This document shows positions 53,252 to 54,881 of a DNA stretch of 54,881 nt, in pieces. Under the pieces are notes generated by a model, which was given only the letters and a program-made list of their open reading frames with translations, was not told the origin of the DNA and made no database searches. Where the stretch lies: the NCBI GenBank assembly GCA_018985235.1, contig JADGIG010000010.1:1-54881 (forward strand). Reading direction: 5' to 3'. The number at the start of each line of letters is the position of its first letter. Within the stretch, counting starts at the first letter, position 1. The position numbers were made by a program, and so were the translations under genes. The stretch is from Sanchytrium tribonematis (lineage: Eukaryota).

Positions 53252-54881
53252 TTATTGTGAAAGACTTTGCTGATCTACCAACGTTCGATATGTACCGCCC
53301 AATGCATATAGCTCGTCGTGGGTTCCCATTTCCACAATTTTACCCAGACTCATAACCACAATTTGATGTGCATCTTGAATAGTCGACAACCGATGTGCGA
53401 TAACTATTGTGGTACGGTTTTGTGAGGCGCTTTCAATTGCTTCTTGAACGACTTTTTCACTTTGAGTATCCAAGGCGGAAGTTGCTTCATCCAATAACAG
53501 AAACTTCGGCTTTCGATAAAGAGCTCTTGCAATAACAATTCTTTGCTTTTGACCACCACTTGCAGCTGTATTGTTAATCTGCGTATCGAATTTTTCTGGA
53601 AGCGAATCTATAAAACTAAAGATGTTAGCATTTTTTGCGCACTCTTCTACTCTAGCCTTATCAATTTCATCGTAATTAAATCCAAAAGCAATGTTTTCGT
53701 AAATAGAACCTCGAAATAAAATCTAAATAAGTTATAATTACCGGCTCTTGAGATACCAACGCCATCTGACTGCGCAAGTGTTGAACATTCCATTCTTGTA
53801 AATTAAATTTTTCAACTTCTACTTTTCCTTTTTGTGGATCGTAAAATCTTTCTAAAAGTTGAATAATAGTCGACTTTCCACTCCCAGACTCTCCAACTAA
53901 CGCTGTTGTTTTTCCAACTGGAAATGCTAATGATATGTCTTTTAAAATTTGAGCATCTGGTCTTCCAGGATAGTAAAATTCTACACTATTAACACTAGCA
54001 GAACCTTGCACGTCAGCAGGTTTAACTCCGTCTGCGTTTAAACTATCAATGGCCGATTTACGGTCGAGTAGTTCGAAGAAACTTGTGGCTGCAACAGCTG
54101 CTCTTGTGATAACCGAGAGCTGGGACAATGCCTGTCCAACGCCAAACATTGAGAATAGAGCTGGGAATATCACACCAAACACATCTTCAAATTTGATTCT
54201 ATTATTAATTAGCCACACAGAACTCAAGTAAAAGGCATATGCCAATACGAAAAATATTGAAGATTGCGATAAAGAAAAGTATAGAGACCCCTTAAGAATT
54301 CCACGCAACGCCTTTTTATGAGGCACTTCGGTGCGGTACTCATAATAGTCGAGGAATGCTTCTTGTCTATTAAGGCTGAAAACTGTCCTGATATTTTGAA
54401 TGGAGTCACAAGCAATATTTGAAGCTTTCACATATTCATCGCGAAGTTTCTTAGTCATTCCTTCAATGATTCTTCTTCGCATGTACCCACTGAAAATAAT
54501 TAGCGGGACAGCGATTGCAATAAGGGCTGCCAATTCGGCGTTGTGATAAAAAGCGACAGCTAAACCAGTAACAATTGTTGAAACAAATTGGACTAGCACG
54601 CCCAATAATTGTCCTGTCAAACTTTTGATTTTGTCAGCTTCTTCTGCAAGTGCACTACTTAATGATCCGCTTGTATGTAAAGGATCGTCAAAAAATGCAA
54701 TTTCTTGCTTTAGTAATGTATGAAAATTTAAACTTCTTACTTTAACTGTCAACCTTTCACCACTTATAGAAAAACACATGTATTGCAAAAATATCACAAA
54801 AAATGCGCCAACAGCTAATACCACAAACATCAAAACCCAAAATATATACCCATCACGGATTTCGTCTGAAGGTTTAGCCAG
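53252..54881 (-). CDS. ABCB/MDR-type ABC transporter, C-terminal half (5' part outside the window); intron at 53723-53741
   Basis: TM domain, Walker A GESGSGKS, SQEP|ILFRGSIYENI, SGGQKQRI, LLLDEATSALD and IAHRLSTIQ. Confidence 0.95.
53723..53741 (-). other. 19-nt intron GTAATTATAACTTATTTAG
   Basis: Restores the Q-loop VSQEPILF and the downstream NBD. Confidence 0.96.

Noticed and set aside
1..54881. Alternative genetic code (stop reassignment) as the cause of split ORFs
   Set aside because: Breaks are frame changes fixed by GT-AG 19-mers. TAA, TAG and TGA all end conserved proteins at expected places, and long ORFs have no internal stops.
1..54881. Chlorarachniophyte nucleomorph or ciliate origin, suggested by intron size
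   Set aside because: Gene content (formin, Ras, TMC, Atg3, secreted proteins) and fungal-like sequences do not fit a nucleomorph. The low intron density and opisthokont-like proteins argue against both.
1..54881. Pseudogenes or programmed frameshifts at the ORF breaks
   Set aside because: Thirteen breaks share one intron consensus and nearly one length.

Overview
This is AT-rich, very gene-dense eukaryotic nuclear DNA with about 40 protein-coding genes and the standard genetic code. The proteins read as fungal/opisthokont, so an early-diverging fungus or close relative is likely (inference, not identified). Recognisable genes include Elp2, a PhoD phosphatase, a PPG1-like phosphatase, Gir2, Rps27, an anoctamin, CTL, a VIP36-type lectin, Tvp18, Cmc1, a P4-ATPase, Dhh1, Nop58, Atg3, Ras, PP2C, a formin, Alg3, Paf1, a ceramide synthase, Ski3, proteasome alpha2 and ABCB. 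The main observation is that the split ORFs are explained by ultra-short spliceosomal introns: 12 of exactly 19 nt and one of 21 nt. All start GTA and end TNANNNAG, with an invariant branch-like A at -6. There is one per gene and they lie toward the 3' end. The only long intron found (87 nt, in PAF1) hosts a box C/D snoRNA resembling snR73/SNORD35. The window also carries Shank-like, TMC and Tubby-like genes, a G-U-rich hairpin after DHH1, a partial Crinkler-like gene and several orphan secreted proteins. All family calls come from reading motifs by eye; no database search was run.
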